This document shows, one piece after another, positions 11,236 to 25,707 of a DNA stretch of 55,770 nucleotides. Origin of the DNA: Octopus bimaculoides (taxonomy: Eukaryota); NCBI RefSeq assembly GCF_001194135.2, contig NC_068995.1:17196351-17252120 (forward strand). The letters run 5' to 3'. The notes beneath the pieces are model-generated. The model was not told the origin of the DNA, did not search any database, and was given only the letters and a program-made list of their open reading frames with translations. The translations under genes were made by a program, and so were the position numbers. Every line of letters begins with the position of its first letter. The stretch's first letter is position 1.

Positions 11236-13289
11236 TGTAAGCTTATATATATATATATATATATANNNNNNNNNNNNNNNNNNNNNNNNNNNNNNNNNNN
11301 NNNNNNNNNNNNNNNNNNNNNNNNNNNNNNNNNNNNNNNNNNNNNNNNNNNNNNNNNNNNNNNNNNNNNNNNNNNNNNNNNNNNNNNNNNNNNNNNNNNN
11401 NNNNNNNNNNNNNNNNNNNNNNNNNNNNNNNNNNNNNNNNNNNNNNNNNNNNNNNNNNNNNNNNNNNNNNNNNNNNNNNNNNNNNNNNNNNNNNNNNNNN
11501 NNNNNNNNNNNNNNNNNNNNNNNNNNNNNNNNNNNNNNNNNNNNNNNNNNNNNNNNNNNNNNNNNNNNNNNNNNNNNNNNNNNNNNNNNNNNNNNNNNNN
11601 NNNNNNNNNNNNNNNNNNNNNNNNNNNNNNNNNNNNNNNNNNNNNNNNNNNNNNNNNNNNNNNNNNNNNNNNNNNNNNNNNNNNNNNNNNNNNNNNNNNN
11701 NNNNNNNNNNNNNNNNNNNNNNNNNNNNNNNNNNNNNNNNNNNNNNNNNNNNNNNNNNNNNNNNNNNNNNNNNNNNNNNNNNNNNNNNNNNNNNNNNNNN
11801 NNNNNNNNNNNNNNNNNNNNNNNNNNNNNNNNNNNNNNNNNNNNNNNNNNNNNNNNNNNNNNNNNNNNNNNNNNNNNNNNNNNNNNNNNNNNNNNNNNNN
11901 NNNNNNNNNNNNNNNNNNNNNNNNNNNNNNNNNNNNNNNNNNNNNNNNNNNNNNNNNNNNNNNNNNNNNNNNNNNNNNNNNNNNNNNNNNNNNNNNNNNN
12001 NNNNNNNNNNNNNNNNNNNNNNNNNNNNNNNNNNNNNNNNNNNNNNNNNNNNNNNNNNNNNNNNNNNNNNNNNNNNNNNTATATATATACATATATATGT
12101 ACTGTGTGTTCGCGCGTGTTTGTGAATGTTTAGCGGTGATATTTATGATAATATATATGTCGGTAAATGTGATTCAATGTATATTTAAATTTGTTTATCT
12201 GCCTGAAATGAAGCTTCATTTTTCGAAATAAATGTTCTAAAGATATAATTTTCTTCCACAGCATAACTTACAGTGTTTTGATATTTACGTCTCTAGAGGG
12301 TTGTAGTAAAACCATTTTCGACCCAGTAAGCATTAGTTTTAAATTCCTTTACATCATTCTCGAAGATATACAACATATATGTAGATTTTGTTTCTTGTTT
12401 ACATTAATTTCAAAATATTTCCCTCGTGTATCCTTCGATCATATAGCGTATTAAGTTGACTATTTTCATATCTGTATCACTGCATCTTTAAAAAACATGT
12501 ACATAGATTGGTAATAATTTAAATTATAGCACACATTGCCGACTTAATAGCTTACTGGTGGAATGGCAAATGTACTTATTTGCGAACATATATACATTCA
12601 TAACAAACTTATTGCCTATACAGAAATTGAATTGTTTACTTATGTGACAGTATGTCCTGCCATGTGTTAGACGTAAAGAACTCTTTGTGTCTTCGAATTA
12701 TTATTCGTCTTCACAAGCTATCTAGGATAAATAGTTTTCTGCATATCCCATTACGTTTGAAGCCACGTACTTACCAACATAATAAAAATGATATTAGTCA
12801 TTTACTGACTAATATCCCCCCCCCACTTTACTGCATCGTTATTTCCAGTTAACTCAATGATCCCTTCATTAAATATGTTAAAATTAATCTTAAAAATTAT
12901 TATTTTTCTAGATGGCATTTCTAGGTTATTTATTCACTAAGTTGTGTACAATCTACACTTATCGATATACTAAGCGGTTTTTTTTCCGGTTAGAAAAGGC
13001 CTCCACATATTCCTTGAATTATCTCCAGCACTTGGCAGAATATGACATATTAGCCTTAGCCTAATGTTTATAATTTCTTCCTTAACGCATACCTATTTCT
13101 ATCTGTACCATTCTTCCTTCCGATTACACCCAAATTCAAACATACTAATAGATAATTTAGATAACTTCGATATGTTTCGAACAAAGATTGGACCAGACTT
13201 AAGTATGCTTCGGTCAAAGATTGGACACACACAAATAACTTAATGATACCAAATGATAGGATCTGTACAGCCATTTTTAAATCAAGCTT

Positions 13290-13800
13290 TGTGGTACCAT
13301 AGCCCAGCCAAGAATTAATGTTGACTCTGAGGTGTTCAGGTATAGCTGATTTATCTGTTATCCTTTGAAGAAATTTGTCCAGCATAAATTTGAAGGTAAT
13401 GGGATCTTTTTCTCTGACTTGTTTTGGGATAAGTAAAGCAGTGCCTGTTGAGGAAAAGAAATTATGTTGCAGTAAATTTGTGTTGTGAGCCTAAATTATG
13501 TAGAAGGTGCATGGCAGTGGTAGTATTTTAGTTGTGATCGTACAAAAGAGAATAGAGAAATGATGACATTCTGGTTCATTCGATACTGGGTGTTTTATTC
13601 CGGAGGTCATGGAGTCTCCAGTGGCAACGAGACAAAGAAGCAGAATTCTCTTTGTCCCTGCATCTAAACGGGTGCATTTGCTGGGTACGTCCTCCTGGTC
13701 AACTTCATACCTTATCATCGGCCGTTCCCCAACACTGGCTGCTATACAAAAAAGGACAGGGTTTCCGACCACCAAAGCGTACGCAGAACGCAGACTGACT
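13290..13800 (-). mobile_element. CR1/L2-group LINE 3' fragment (decayed)
   Basis: Minus frames PFLYSSQCWG (cf. LDYCSQLWS), HWRLHDL (cf. YWERLKEL) and DPITFKFMLDKFLQRITD (cf. FK..LDKFL..IPD) occur in the expected order. Confidence 0.6.
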
Positions 13801-15041
13801 CCACAAATTTATGCCTCTGTTACAACCCTTTAATCCGTCTCCATAAATATGGAGGCGAACACACACAAATATTTACGTGAAAACTCGGCTACACACGCTA
13901 TAGTACACACGCACACACGCGCGCGGACACACACATACACACACGCGTACCTACACACACATACGCACATACGTATGTTGAGCCACGTAGATGAGTACAC
14001 GGTTATCTGAGACAACAAAATGCAGCAAAAGAGAAAACGTTTGTAAAACGGGTCATACTTCAATAAGGCCTTATGAATATGTGTGTGCTAGAGATAGAAA
14101 AACATGAGATTTAATATATTCTTTAAAAAATATATAGTAAAAAATTTAAAAGCAATATAATGGGAATTAATTTTACGGTATATATCGAAACCAAGAATTG
14201 ATAAATGTAACGGTATATTATGAAAAACAGAAAAAATGTACAAATAATCTTTATTATATATATATCTAAATTGAAAATTTAGGAATGTCAAGAATTATTA
14301 GATTCAATGAAATTATATACCATAAGAGAAAATAGTGCTTGAACTGTCGGTTGTTATTTTTTGTTTTTAAATATTACCTTGTCGAATGTTGACACTTATA
14401 ATTTGAAAATCAATTTCACGATTCAAACAACTAAACTATTTTCAAACACATTAAGGTAGACAAAAGGAACATACTGGCATATTTATTGTAGCATTGTACG
14501 AAAAATCTCGAGTAAAGTTTGATGTTTAGAACTAAATGTGTGCCAAGGTTAAATAAAACCGATGGTAAAGAGAAGAAATGCTAAATGAAGTGGATCGGGA
14601 AATTTAATTTGCTGGGTCGTTTCAATAATGAAAACATGTAGAATATACGTGAAAGTCACAAGATATAGGTAACATGATAACGAAATTGTAATATTAAAGG
14701 TGAAAAAAAAAAAAAACTAGTGTGATGAATATAGTGACCAGATATCGTAGAATCAGTGTGGTGTAAGAAAAATGCTTACAAAAATAATGTCTATTTAAGG
14801 TGAGAGAAATGCTTAAAATGAAATCAAAGCGTGTACAGTATGTACAGGGCTAATTCGAAAAAACCAAATATACCAAACTAAATTCAACAGAACTACTGTA
14901 TTCTAATAGTGACCATCTCAATCACTATTACTTACGGTTTGGTATTTTTTGATAGATTTTTGTATTTATGGAAAGACTCAGCTAGCTACACATTGATGTA
15001 AGGCAGCTGAACCATATAATGTGTGTGTATANNNNNNNNNN

Positions 15042-15085
<44 letters not shown>

Positions 15086-16339
15086 ATACGTCTATCTATC
15101 TATCTATATAGATAGATAGATAGTACATATATCAATAGAGAGGTAGATGGGGCGCAAATGCTGCATGGATATCTTTGTATAGGCGAGTTGTAAGATAAAG
15201 TACCAATCATAGTTTGTAGAGGTCAATGCTCCGTCAAAATCGATCACTTCATCTGTGTATTTATACATTTACCCAAATGTATTTATATATAACATTCATC
15301 ATATTGAGTAATAGTGTTAAAAATATAGTGTTTATATATACACACATATATATATATAGATATATAAATATTATATATGTATATATGTATATATATCTAT
15401 ATATGTGAGTGATGGATACATGTTTGTATGTATGTGTGTATGAATGTATCCTTGTATGTAAGCATGTATAATACTTCGTATGTACAAAAATAGCTGTTTT
15501 TAACAATGCCTGCTTCTATATTTCTGGATTACCAATACACTTCCATATACATACAAACATACATACAAATATATATACATATATTTCATACATACATACA
15601 TAAATAGACCCACATCCACACACACATATATATATGCCTGTATATATGTGTATATTGATGGCTGGATAGCTAGACAGATAGTGAGAGATACATATACGTC
15701 AGTTGTGAGTAATATACGTATTTGCTATCCTTTTTATTTGTAATATTTTGCTATTATTCCTTCTTCTCAATGTGTTTGAGTGCGTTTCGTATTTGTATTT
15801 TAGTACATGAATGCTGAAATTCAAAGAGAACATAAACAACATGAATTGGCCATTTTCTCATAAAAGTGCCTAAAATAAGTGCAAGTCTCCTTTACCAATT
15901 CGCTTCTCTAATGTATTCCTCCTGTAGCAGCTGCTTCCTCTATGCCGGTCACAAGTTTCAGACAAGTCTCATAAAACAAGTTATACGGAATAAAACGAAA
16001 CGTTACACACTAGCTTAAATGGTCACACGTGTGTTATTGCTGGCATTTTTGCTGTTCTTGTTGTGATCATTCATGATGGTGTATATCTATGGTTCAAAAA
16101 ACTCTAGTTTGATATGTCCATTGAAATTTATATTATTGCTAAATATTTCGTTGTACTTTTCCTTTTGAGATCTGGACCAGCCTTGTTCAAACGAAGCCAT
16201 CGTCTAAGATGTTTTGGAAATATTAGCAAACATTCTTTGAATAGTTAGGTCGTCTGCAGATACCATAATGACCGCATAAAATCATCGAAACATTAATGCT
16301 GGTCACTTGAAATCATTGTTGAAATTAATGATATTTGTT

Positions 16340-18005
16340 TGGTCATTTTTGATGCTATTGATATTTATAGATAGAACTGTTCATTACGAAATGTATGAAG
16401 GCCGTGTAGATTCTCGCTTATTTCAATGCCTCCTAAGAAGGTATATGTTCGTAAGCGTGTTCAGAAAGAACAGTATGCAAATGTATATGAGTAGATTCGT
16501 CGAATAGTACGTCAAGGCAATAACAGCAACTGGTAACTCTCCACGTTGTCTGGGGCAAGCATTGATGGATAGGCCGCATCTATTACAGATATGTTTAAAG
16601 GAAATTTTGGATTTAGGTCAGATTGGAAAAAGAAAAGGTAAATTGTGAGTAATACGGAGTTGGAACAGCCAGCATCTGAGGGGGGATGTAGAATTTAAAG
16701 AGATGTGATTAATTTAGTTGTTGTTCAGGTAATGGGTGAAAGATTGTTACTAATAGTTCGAGCTGTGTGACCTGCTGCGTCAAAGGTAGTCTAATCTCGT
16801 ACGGCGTGGGCGTGAAACATTTGCTGGCGCTTAAGCTTCAAAGGTAGATCTCTGGAAAAGAGGCTAAAGAAGTAGACGGATTGAAACATCGGGATAACTG
16901 AACTACAGGGAGAGAGTAGAAAAGGGAAAAGATGGACTTGAAATAGAGAGATGTTGAGATTATAAAAATGAATACGTAATGATGATAGCAGAGATTTATA
17001 AGATGTCATTGAAGATATCAGAAACGTTGCCTTTGAAACCCAAAATGAGTTGAAATACAACATTACAACTACTTGGCGGATCCAGCGTATAAGGTGAAAT
17101 TTTGGGCTGAAAATTAATCAAGAATTAATTTTCTATAGTGAGAATCGACATACCGTCCATAGTAAAAATATATTGGAGGGGATGCAGGTAAGTAGATGAT
17201 TTGGAGATGTAATAGGAGTGCTGAGTTGCAGTAATGTGGGAAGAGAGAGTTGTTTATAAAATAGAAAAGTGTTGATCACACTGTTTGGAGACGGTTTGGG
17301 TGGGTTAATAGCAAACAGAGATGGTGGTTGGTTTGGTTTCTGGGTGTATTCGCAGGAAGAGAATGTGCAGACAATGAAATTTATGGTATGATAGTAGAGA
17401 AACATTGTTGGCTGCAGTGACTATGATGGCAACGATGCTTGAGAAACACATGGAAGTTGCTGAGGAGATGGAGTGCTTCATTGTTCTCGCATCAGCATTA
17501 TAGCATCGCCAATAAGCCGCTTGATCCCCTAGGAAGCTAAATGTCCGCCATCGGAGAGCGGTAGTCAGTGGTGTAGACTGACTATAGCATGTGAGTGTGC
17601 AATAGGCGCAGATATGATTAGTGTTTATTATGTATTACTCCAGTTCACGAAGCTTGCGTACTTTTGCGTACTAGTAACTGTTGGATGATAGTGAATGTAG
17701 AGGGACATCGAATAGGAAAGTGATGTTGGCGGGGGTGTTAGTTGTGAGAAGTGATAAATTGCGAATAGTAGTCAATGTGATTGCTGAGTATGAGGAGTAG
17801 AGACTAAATGGAGAAATGACTAGAAGTTGATCTGAGAATGAAAAAAAATTGCTCCATACCCACCAAAAGAAAAATCAAATTATTGATGTAAAATTCTTGT
17901 AGATGTACCACGGTATTGGGGAACATTAGAGTTAGGCGTAGCTTGTAGGATTGATATGAAGTGCAAAGGTTTTACGGATTTCAGGACTGTTGTTATGTAC
18001 ATAAA
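16340..18005 (-). mobile_element. CR1/L2-group LINE, EN to early RT, minus strand (decayed)
   Basis: From 18000 leftwards: CVLY..ILQATPNSNV (EN), WRCYNAD, NSFWVSK (cf. KAFWSLAK), GELPVAVIAL (cf. GE..VALDISKAF). Confidence 0.6.
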
Positions 18006-18014
18006 GTACACATT

Positions 18015-18900
18015 GAAACAATCTGTGTCGAATGTATTGCCACCATTATTTTCACACGTTTCCTATAACTTCTTTTATCTCCTGTAATAATGCTACACCC
18101 CAGCTTTGGATTTCCTATTTAACTTCTGTGACATCTCAACTCTTTTGATACCCACATTTTTGTTTACCTCTTCACTCTACCACATTGGCTTTTTAAAGAA
18201 TCCTACTGCTCATTTTGTCATTTACTTGGTTGTACCGTATTCACTGTAAAATCATTTAACCTCTTCCCATAAACGATACACCTACACTCGCCCATTAGAC
18301 AACACAGTAACTCTGAGACTAACTCCGATCAAAATTTCCAGTTCTTCTTCGTATTGGATTGTGCAGAAGCTGTTGTCGAAGCTTGCCTGCCAACGATGAT
18401 GAGCAAGATAACACGTTATTACCCTTTCCAGCGTTTCTTTTCTCCTCACATTCCACATCACTACTTCATCTTTACAAGGAGCCGTTATTCCAATTTCTAT
18501 TTTCTCTGTTTTGACCCGGCTATCGTATACGCAATTTGCTCTCTGATAACTGCAACCATCCTCGACAGTCCATCATCTTCCAGACCCGTTGTAATATCTA
18601 CACTTTCTATCAATAACATTACAAATTTACGCCGTTCTAAATCCACCTTTCGAGTCAATGACATTTTCAATGACATTTCAATATCTTGTATAAAGGTGAC
18701 AGGGATCGTTGTTAAGTCTGCTGACTCGATGGTCATCTACTGGTTGTGCATCATCCAGTACCAACTCTACCTGCAAAAGATAATTTGATACCTCATTACT
18801 AAATAATTTTAGAGTTCCCGTCTCTGAACTGTAGAAACACTGTATACGTTATTTAGCTTCAAGGGATGAATTTCACCTATTTAAAGTTGGACAAGATTCC
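18015..18900 (+). mobile_element. CR1/L2-group LINE, late RT to 3' end, plus strand (decayed)
   Basis: QSVSNVLPPLF (cf. QGSVLSPTLF), FCDISTL (cf. FADDSTL), RFFSP and RCNIYTFYQ (cf. RRNVASLSLFYRYY) occur in order. Confidence 0.55.
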
Positions 18901-20368
18901 CGTTTAGAAAAAAGAAGAAAATATTAAAAATATTTTAAAATTGAATTGTTATCCTTGAAAAGTAATAGAGCATCACCATTAGAATCGCTTATTTGGTCGC
19001 CCTGTATGATATAGGTACAGCCTTTATACAAGTATCCGTTGGAAAGAAATGGTTTTGATTAGAGTGGCTTGTTCGAGATGTACTTCATGTAAACGAAGTA
19101 CTCGAGTAATCTTGTTTATTTATGGGATATATTTCACTCTAACTTACCTATATAATTGCAGAGAAAGATGAGTCAATTATATTTCAGAGACACAAAAGCT
19201 TGTATGAAAAGAGAAAGAGAAAGAGGGAGAGGGGAGAGAGAGAGAAAGAGGGAGAGGGGAGAGAGAGAGAAAGAGAGAGAAAGAAAGTGAGAGAGATAGC
19301 ATTCTTATTTCTTTGAAATTATATATATATATATATATATGTTTTATATATATAACAATGCCTGCATTCAATAGAAATCGAGCTTCTATATATTTCTTTA
19401 AATTATAGATATTTCTAACGTTTTACATTATTTATTATTTTTTTTTTACAATCCTCTGAACTTGTTCATTTATACGTTTATTTATGTTTTTTTTAATTTT
19501 TGTCCTCTATTACTTTTAACCATTAGTTTTATACACTGTTCGTTTGAATACGGTTCTTTTACGTATCAGCATGTTATCTCCCCCTGTTCAACACTTTTAC
19601 TTCTGAGAGATTTTTACTATTTCATTTCATCAATTCTTTCATTAATTTTTCTTCATATATTGGCTTTCATTAACATTTATTGTACATTTTTCTGCCTTTC
19701 TTCATTTTTACACTTTTATTTTCTTTGATTGTTTATTATCTCTTCTTTCTTTCTTTCTTTCCTTCTTTCTTTCTTCCTTTCTTTCGTTCTTTCGTTCTCT
19801 TTTTCTTTTTTTCTTTCTTGTCTTTTCATTTCCCTTTTCTGTCTCTGCTAGTTCACTGGCTGCTAAAACGATAGTGTGTAGGGTGTGGAGAGATTTCTTT
19901 GATTAATATATTATTGGCTCTTGTGTAAAAGGTGGTTTTCATAATTCACACAATCAACACCATTAGTGGGCATTAAAGATAGCCTGAAAAGAATAAAGCA
20001 ATACTGGTTATTGCTAGATTGAAGTGATATTGGACCTTCCTAGCTTTTATTCTTTATTCAATCTTTCATTGTCAGATCCTGAAAAAAAAATGTCAAAAAA
20101 ACAAACAAAAAAGCAGCAAAAAACCTAAATAATTGGCAGATAATCTAAAACATTAGATTTGCCTTTGTGAAAACGTAGGAACGGTAAGAATCGTACTCAC
20201 ACAATCTTAATACATACAGTAAACGCCTATGCATCTAGATACACAATGACACATACCCAAACAGGCGAGAAACGAACACACCCATATATACGTACAGGTT
20301 TGTACCTATGTAACCTCCCACAAATATTAATACATGTAGTCTTATAACATACATACATGCACACACAG

Positions 20369-20399
<31 letters not shown>

Positions 20400-21559
20400 T
20401 ATATACAGACAGATAGACAGACACGCATATATACATACATTTGTTCATTAACATTTAGCTTTATAAATCTATTCACCAATATGCCTCTCACTTTCTGTCG
20501 CCGTCTACTTGTCTGTTTCTCTGTGTACACATACACCAGCAATAACACACACACACGCGCGCGCGCACACACACACACACATATAGATACATATACATGT
20601 ATGAGCAATGGCGCTCAGACGCGTATTTAAACATACCCTAAAATACACACACACGGGCATATTTGTGTTATAACGCATGTGTAAATGTATAAGCACGCAT
20701 TTGTAGTTATGTACATGATAGAATTGTGTTCATTTCTATTTAGTTTAAATCTCCATTATTATTTTTCTCTCTCTTGTTTTTGCATTTTCAAGCTTTCTGA
20801 ACTGAAATGCTCAAATGAAATGTCAACATTATTATATCGTAGCATTCATATTAACAGCGAAAATGAATCTAGTGTACGGCCTTCTGAAAAGAATGTGGTT
20901 AAGAGGTGGAACGTCACATGCATTTTATAAAAATATATTGAATGAAAAAATTATTTTACTATAAAAAATCTATATCATATCTGAATTACGTAAGTGGATT
21001 AATCTGATGTTTGAATAACGATTTATTTCACTGAAAAATACTAGCTAAATGTAGTTACAGGATTGTACTGTTACATTTTACAGTGTTTATTGTTTACGAT
21101 AAAGGTTATTTATGATGTCCTTATATTGTTAATAGATCCAAATTTTATGCACGTTTGTTATAAAATATTTTTGCATATAACGATATTGACATTTATTTTG
21201 AAAACCAAAAAAAAAACAAAAAAAAGAAAATGCACAAATCTATGAATATATGTGTGTGCAGAAATTCTAAACGGCAGCCATTGGTATCCATGCGCACACA
21301 TAGAAATACATAAATATATAGATACATGCACACATAGAGGAAAATTTCCATTAAAATTTCCACCAAGTCAAACAAAATAAACCTGATATAGTTATTTGGG
21401 GCGAAAAGAAGTATCATGTTTAGGTATAGATGCTAAGGTGTCCAGTAAATGAGAATATCTCCTCCGGAATAAGATATCTAAGTACATATCCGCAGCTACT
21501 ATGAAACCTGCAGCCCCTCCATAAACATGAGAAATTCACATCTATATCTAATAACTATT

Positions 21560-21800
21560 AGCAGATTTGGTTATGCTAATAAATGCCTTAGTAACAATAT
21601 AGAAAAGCAAATATCATCGGGCAAGTAAAGCAGACGGCTTGCTCGCATGATATATATCGACTTTAAAGGACTTTCCCAAAGTGCATTAGAGTACAATTAT
21701 CGCATCTTATATCCTAAATTCGGCAATGAGGCTTCGGATTCCTTTCTCAAAAATTAACATTTTTGTCCAGCAGGGAAAAATTATTATCACTAACAAAGAA
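21560..21800 (+). mobile_element. Possible CR1-like RT fragment
   Basis: DGLLA*YISTLK / MIYIDFK resembles D.IYLDFSKAFD; short and decayed. Confidence 0.35.
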
Positions 21801-21825
21801 ATTAAATTCACCCCCCCCCACACAC

Positions 21826-21867
<42 letters not shown>

Positions 21868-21989
21868 CGCGTTTAGATCTAAACAAAAATCGTAAAGGAG
21901 GTAAATTATCAGTTTAATATACACACACACGCTCACATACACACGCACCCACACCTGCACACACATGTGTACACACATATTCTTTAATT

Positions 21990-22372
21990 CTTTTATTTTT
22001 TACTGAATTCAGTTATTTGACTGTGGCTATGGTGTAGCACCGTCTTTAGTCCAACAAGTCGATACCTGCACTTATTCTTTGCAAGCCTAGTACTTATTCT
22101 ATCGATTCCTATTACCGAACCACTAAGTTACGTGGACGTAAACACACAAGCATCGATTGTCAAGCGATGGTGGGGGGAAAACAAACACACAAACACACAT
22201 ATATATACGACAGGCTTCTTTCAGTTTCTGTCTACCAAATCCACTCACAAGGCTTTCGTCAGCCCTGGGCCGTAGTAGGAGGCACTTGTCCACTATGTCA
22301 CGCAGTAGGATGGAACTCGGAAGGATGTGGCTGTAGAACAAACGTTTTACACACACCCACGCTCTACCTATA
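21990..22372 (-). mobile_element. tRNA-derived SINE family A
   Basis: Aligns by eye along its length with 6030-6612; short internal CA/TA tract at about 22180-22207. Confidence 0.88.
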
Positions 22373-22404
22373 TGTATACATACATACATATATATATATA
22401 TATA

Positions 22405-22481
<77 letters not shown>

Positions 22482-22879
22482 NNNNNNNNNNNNNNNNNNN
22501 NNNNNNNNNNNNNNNNNNNNNNNNNNNNNNNNNNNNNNNNNNNNNNNNNNNNNNNNNNNNNNNNNNNNNNNNNNNNNNNNNNNNNNNNNNNNNNNNNNNN
22601 NNNNNNNNNNNNNNNNNNNNNNNNNNNNNNNNNNNNNNNNNNNNNNNNNNNNNNNNNNNNNNNNNNNNNNNNNNNNNNNNNNNNNNNNNNNNNNNNNNNN
22701 NNNNNNNNNNNNNNNNNNNNNNNNNNNNNNNNNNNNNNNNNNNNNNNNNNNNNNNNNNNNNNNNNNNNNNNNNNNNNNNNNNNNNNNNNNNNNNNNNNNN
22801 NNNNNNNNNNNNNNNNNNNNNNNNNNNNNNNNNNNNNNNNNNNNNNNNNNNNNNNNNNNNNNNNNNNNNNNNNNNNNNN

Positions 22880-22928
<49 letters not shown>

Positions 22929-25707
22929 GAGATAAGTGTGCATGTATGCTTATATGTCTTTCTCTAACTAGATATTTATGTGCGTGTGCATGTGTGTGTG
23001 TGTGCTTGTGTGTATGTGTATGTTTGCTTATGGGTGTACAATATGTACATTTATGTATGCATGTAAGTGTTTATTCCTTTGTTATTTTCACTTAAAACAC
23101 TGAAGCTTTTAGCGTTATTGCACATTCTAAACGTTTCTTGACATTTGTGTGATTGGGGACAATGCATGATTGAAGGCTGCGTTTCAGTCTCACGCCTTTG
23201 ACACCATTTGCTTGCACACAGAGAAACCTACATAGGTAATGGTATGTATGTGTGTGTGCGTGCGTATGCGTAAGTATAGAAATGTAAATAAATAGGTACA
23301 CACACATATAGACACACGTATATACAAACACTGTTTCTGCTTATTTTTCTGTTTTCTTATTTTGCTTTCACTTTCCATTCCCTGTCCTCCGACATATCCT
23401 CAATCCCCTACAGATTTACACCTGAAAGTCTACCAGCCCCAGAAGATTGTGCACTTAAAATGTATCGAAGTACTATAACGACAATATTCTCTAATTTTGG
23501 ATACTTTTAGTTTTGAAGTTGTTTTACGTTAACGGAATTTAGTTGACCTAAAACTATAAATGTTTTGGTAACTTAAGCCTCAGACATATCTAACCTACAG
23601 CTAGCTTTCCTTTTTTTCCTCATCTTTCCAGCTTGCACAAAGTCTTCTAGTGGAATATGAGGCATGTAGGAGTGACAACCGCCTTGAATGTTATGCTTCA
23701 TCATTTTTGAAAAGCCTTACGAAACTTATATTCATGACATCATGATAACTTAAAATAGCACACTACTACTCTTAACTCCATTATAAGCAGTTCAATAACA
23801 ACGTCATGCTGAAATGCTCACCTAATTCACTGTGCATGCAAGTAACAGCTAAATCTTCAGTATGTGAACTGGCATATCCATAATGTAGGATAAGCAGGTC
23901 CTTAATAATAAGGGATGTTTAATTATCCTTCAGTTCTATTATGAAAGATCATGTTAATGTCTGAATTGTATAATGTGTTTTAGGTAGTGTTATATTTCAT
24001 AATATAATATATATACACGTAAGATGTGGTGTGATGTTCACAACTTCTCCAACAGCTCAGAGCCACCCTATAGTACTTTGCTTCCGAAATATTGCATTCT
24101 GTAAATTCGATAATCGCTCAGTTCCTTGACTCATTGCCTAACTTTATATAACTGTTCCATTCTGACAACCATTATTCCCATCATAATCAACACATACTCT
24201 TAGTTGTTGCGCTGTGGGTATTTAAATGACAAAATAATTCCTTGAACCCCTAAAATTGAGCATGTTAAGAAAATCTGACAACCAGCGAAACATTGACTTG
24301 TGATTTCAACATCAAGAGCACTGATAGTTCGTCACAGTGATTAATGATGGACGTGGGAATAGGTAGTGTCACTAGAAACAGGAGCTTCAAAGGAATTCTA
24401 CATCTAACGTATTGGGGGTGGTGTGCGTAGAATGAAAATATACACAATCGATCATATGTTGGTTTCTATCATATGCGAGATAAGAGATTTTAAGTGCAAA
24501 ATTTTAAGACCCCCCCCCCCCCACAGATTCTCAGCCTATTGGTTTGAACTTGTTTAACATGGTTATAGTTGCTGGGATTATTAACTTCATCATATATAAT
24601 TTCTCTATATTTACCTGCACATTTCCATCAATGATTTATTCTTTATCAATTGAACCTTAAAACATGGAAAAACTCATTTGACACCTTGGAAATATTTAAA
24701 TGCAGAATAAAAAGAGATGTTAAATATGAACCATTTTATTTCGTTCGACGCAGTAGTACCAATACTGCCAATTTTTCCACCCTGCATAATGACGTTAAGT
24801 GTAGAAATGGTTTATTTTCAGTAATCATAAGACCATGTTTTACAGTTTTAGTATGTTGAACGAATTGTTGTAAATAACTGGTACTAATTTAATCGGCTCA
24901 TGAATAGGTGAATCATAAAATCGACCGTAAAGAAGAAATGAATAAATAACTAGACAAATTAGATGATATCCATTTCAGTAAGTTAAACAGATCAATAGAA
25001 AATCTCTTCGAATAAGCATTAGAACGAACATTGAATGGCGATTAACTGTTTCATACGATGGAAGATAATATACAAACATGTAGATAAATAATACAAAAAT
25101 AACTATACGACTATAGTTGATGCATAGCATTAACAAATAATATCTGATTATACATCCAGCTTGTATACAAAATGAAATAGCTTACAGCATATACTTAGAA
25201 GTAATATATCAGATGTACATTTCGCACACAAATGCTTATACATAGACATATGAACACACACGCGCGCACGCACGCACGCACGCACGCACAGTCTTTACGT
25301 ACATATACATATACAGCGGACATACACGCAAAGAAACGCATATATATATATTTTGCGAAAAACGACTGTTTGTGTAATGGATCTTTGGAAGTCGATGATG
25401 AAGCAGAATACAAACTGGCTCTTCTGCTTTCTTAAAGATTAGAAAATCCACTTGATCAATATACATACATCTTCATCTCACAATGTCTCACTCCACTTGA
25501 CTCTCTCTCTCTGGCTCTGTCTCTTTCTACATGTATATATATATATATATNNNNNNNNNNNNNNNNNNNNNNNNNNNNNNNNNNNNNNNNNNNNNNNNNN
25601 NNNNNNNNNNNNNNNNNNNNNNNNNNNNNNNNNNNNNNNNNNNNNNNNNNNNNNNNNNNNNNNNNNNNNNNNNNNNNNNNNNNNNNNNNNNNNNNNNNNN
25701 NNNNTAT

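Noticed and set aside
15715-15860. GPCR TM7-like peptide (LLLNVFE..FVFVF*YMNAEIQRE)
   Set aside because: It needs a frameshift and a stop read-through; T-rich DNA gives hydrophobic translations by chance.
16250-16270. SADDL on the minus strand as the LINE YADD motif
   Set aside because: The FADD-like motif on the plus strand near 18130 has better motif context; this one may be chance. If real, it would weaken the inversion model.
19150-19205. Segment bounded by splice signals on both strands (RKMSQLYFRDTKA, faintly Rab-like)
   Set aside because: The minus version has stops in all frames; the plus donor is weak and no other GTPase exons were found.
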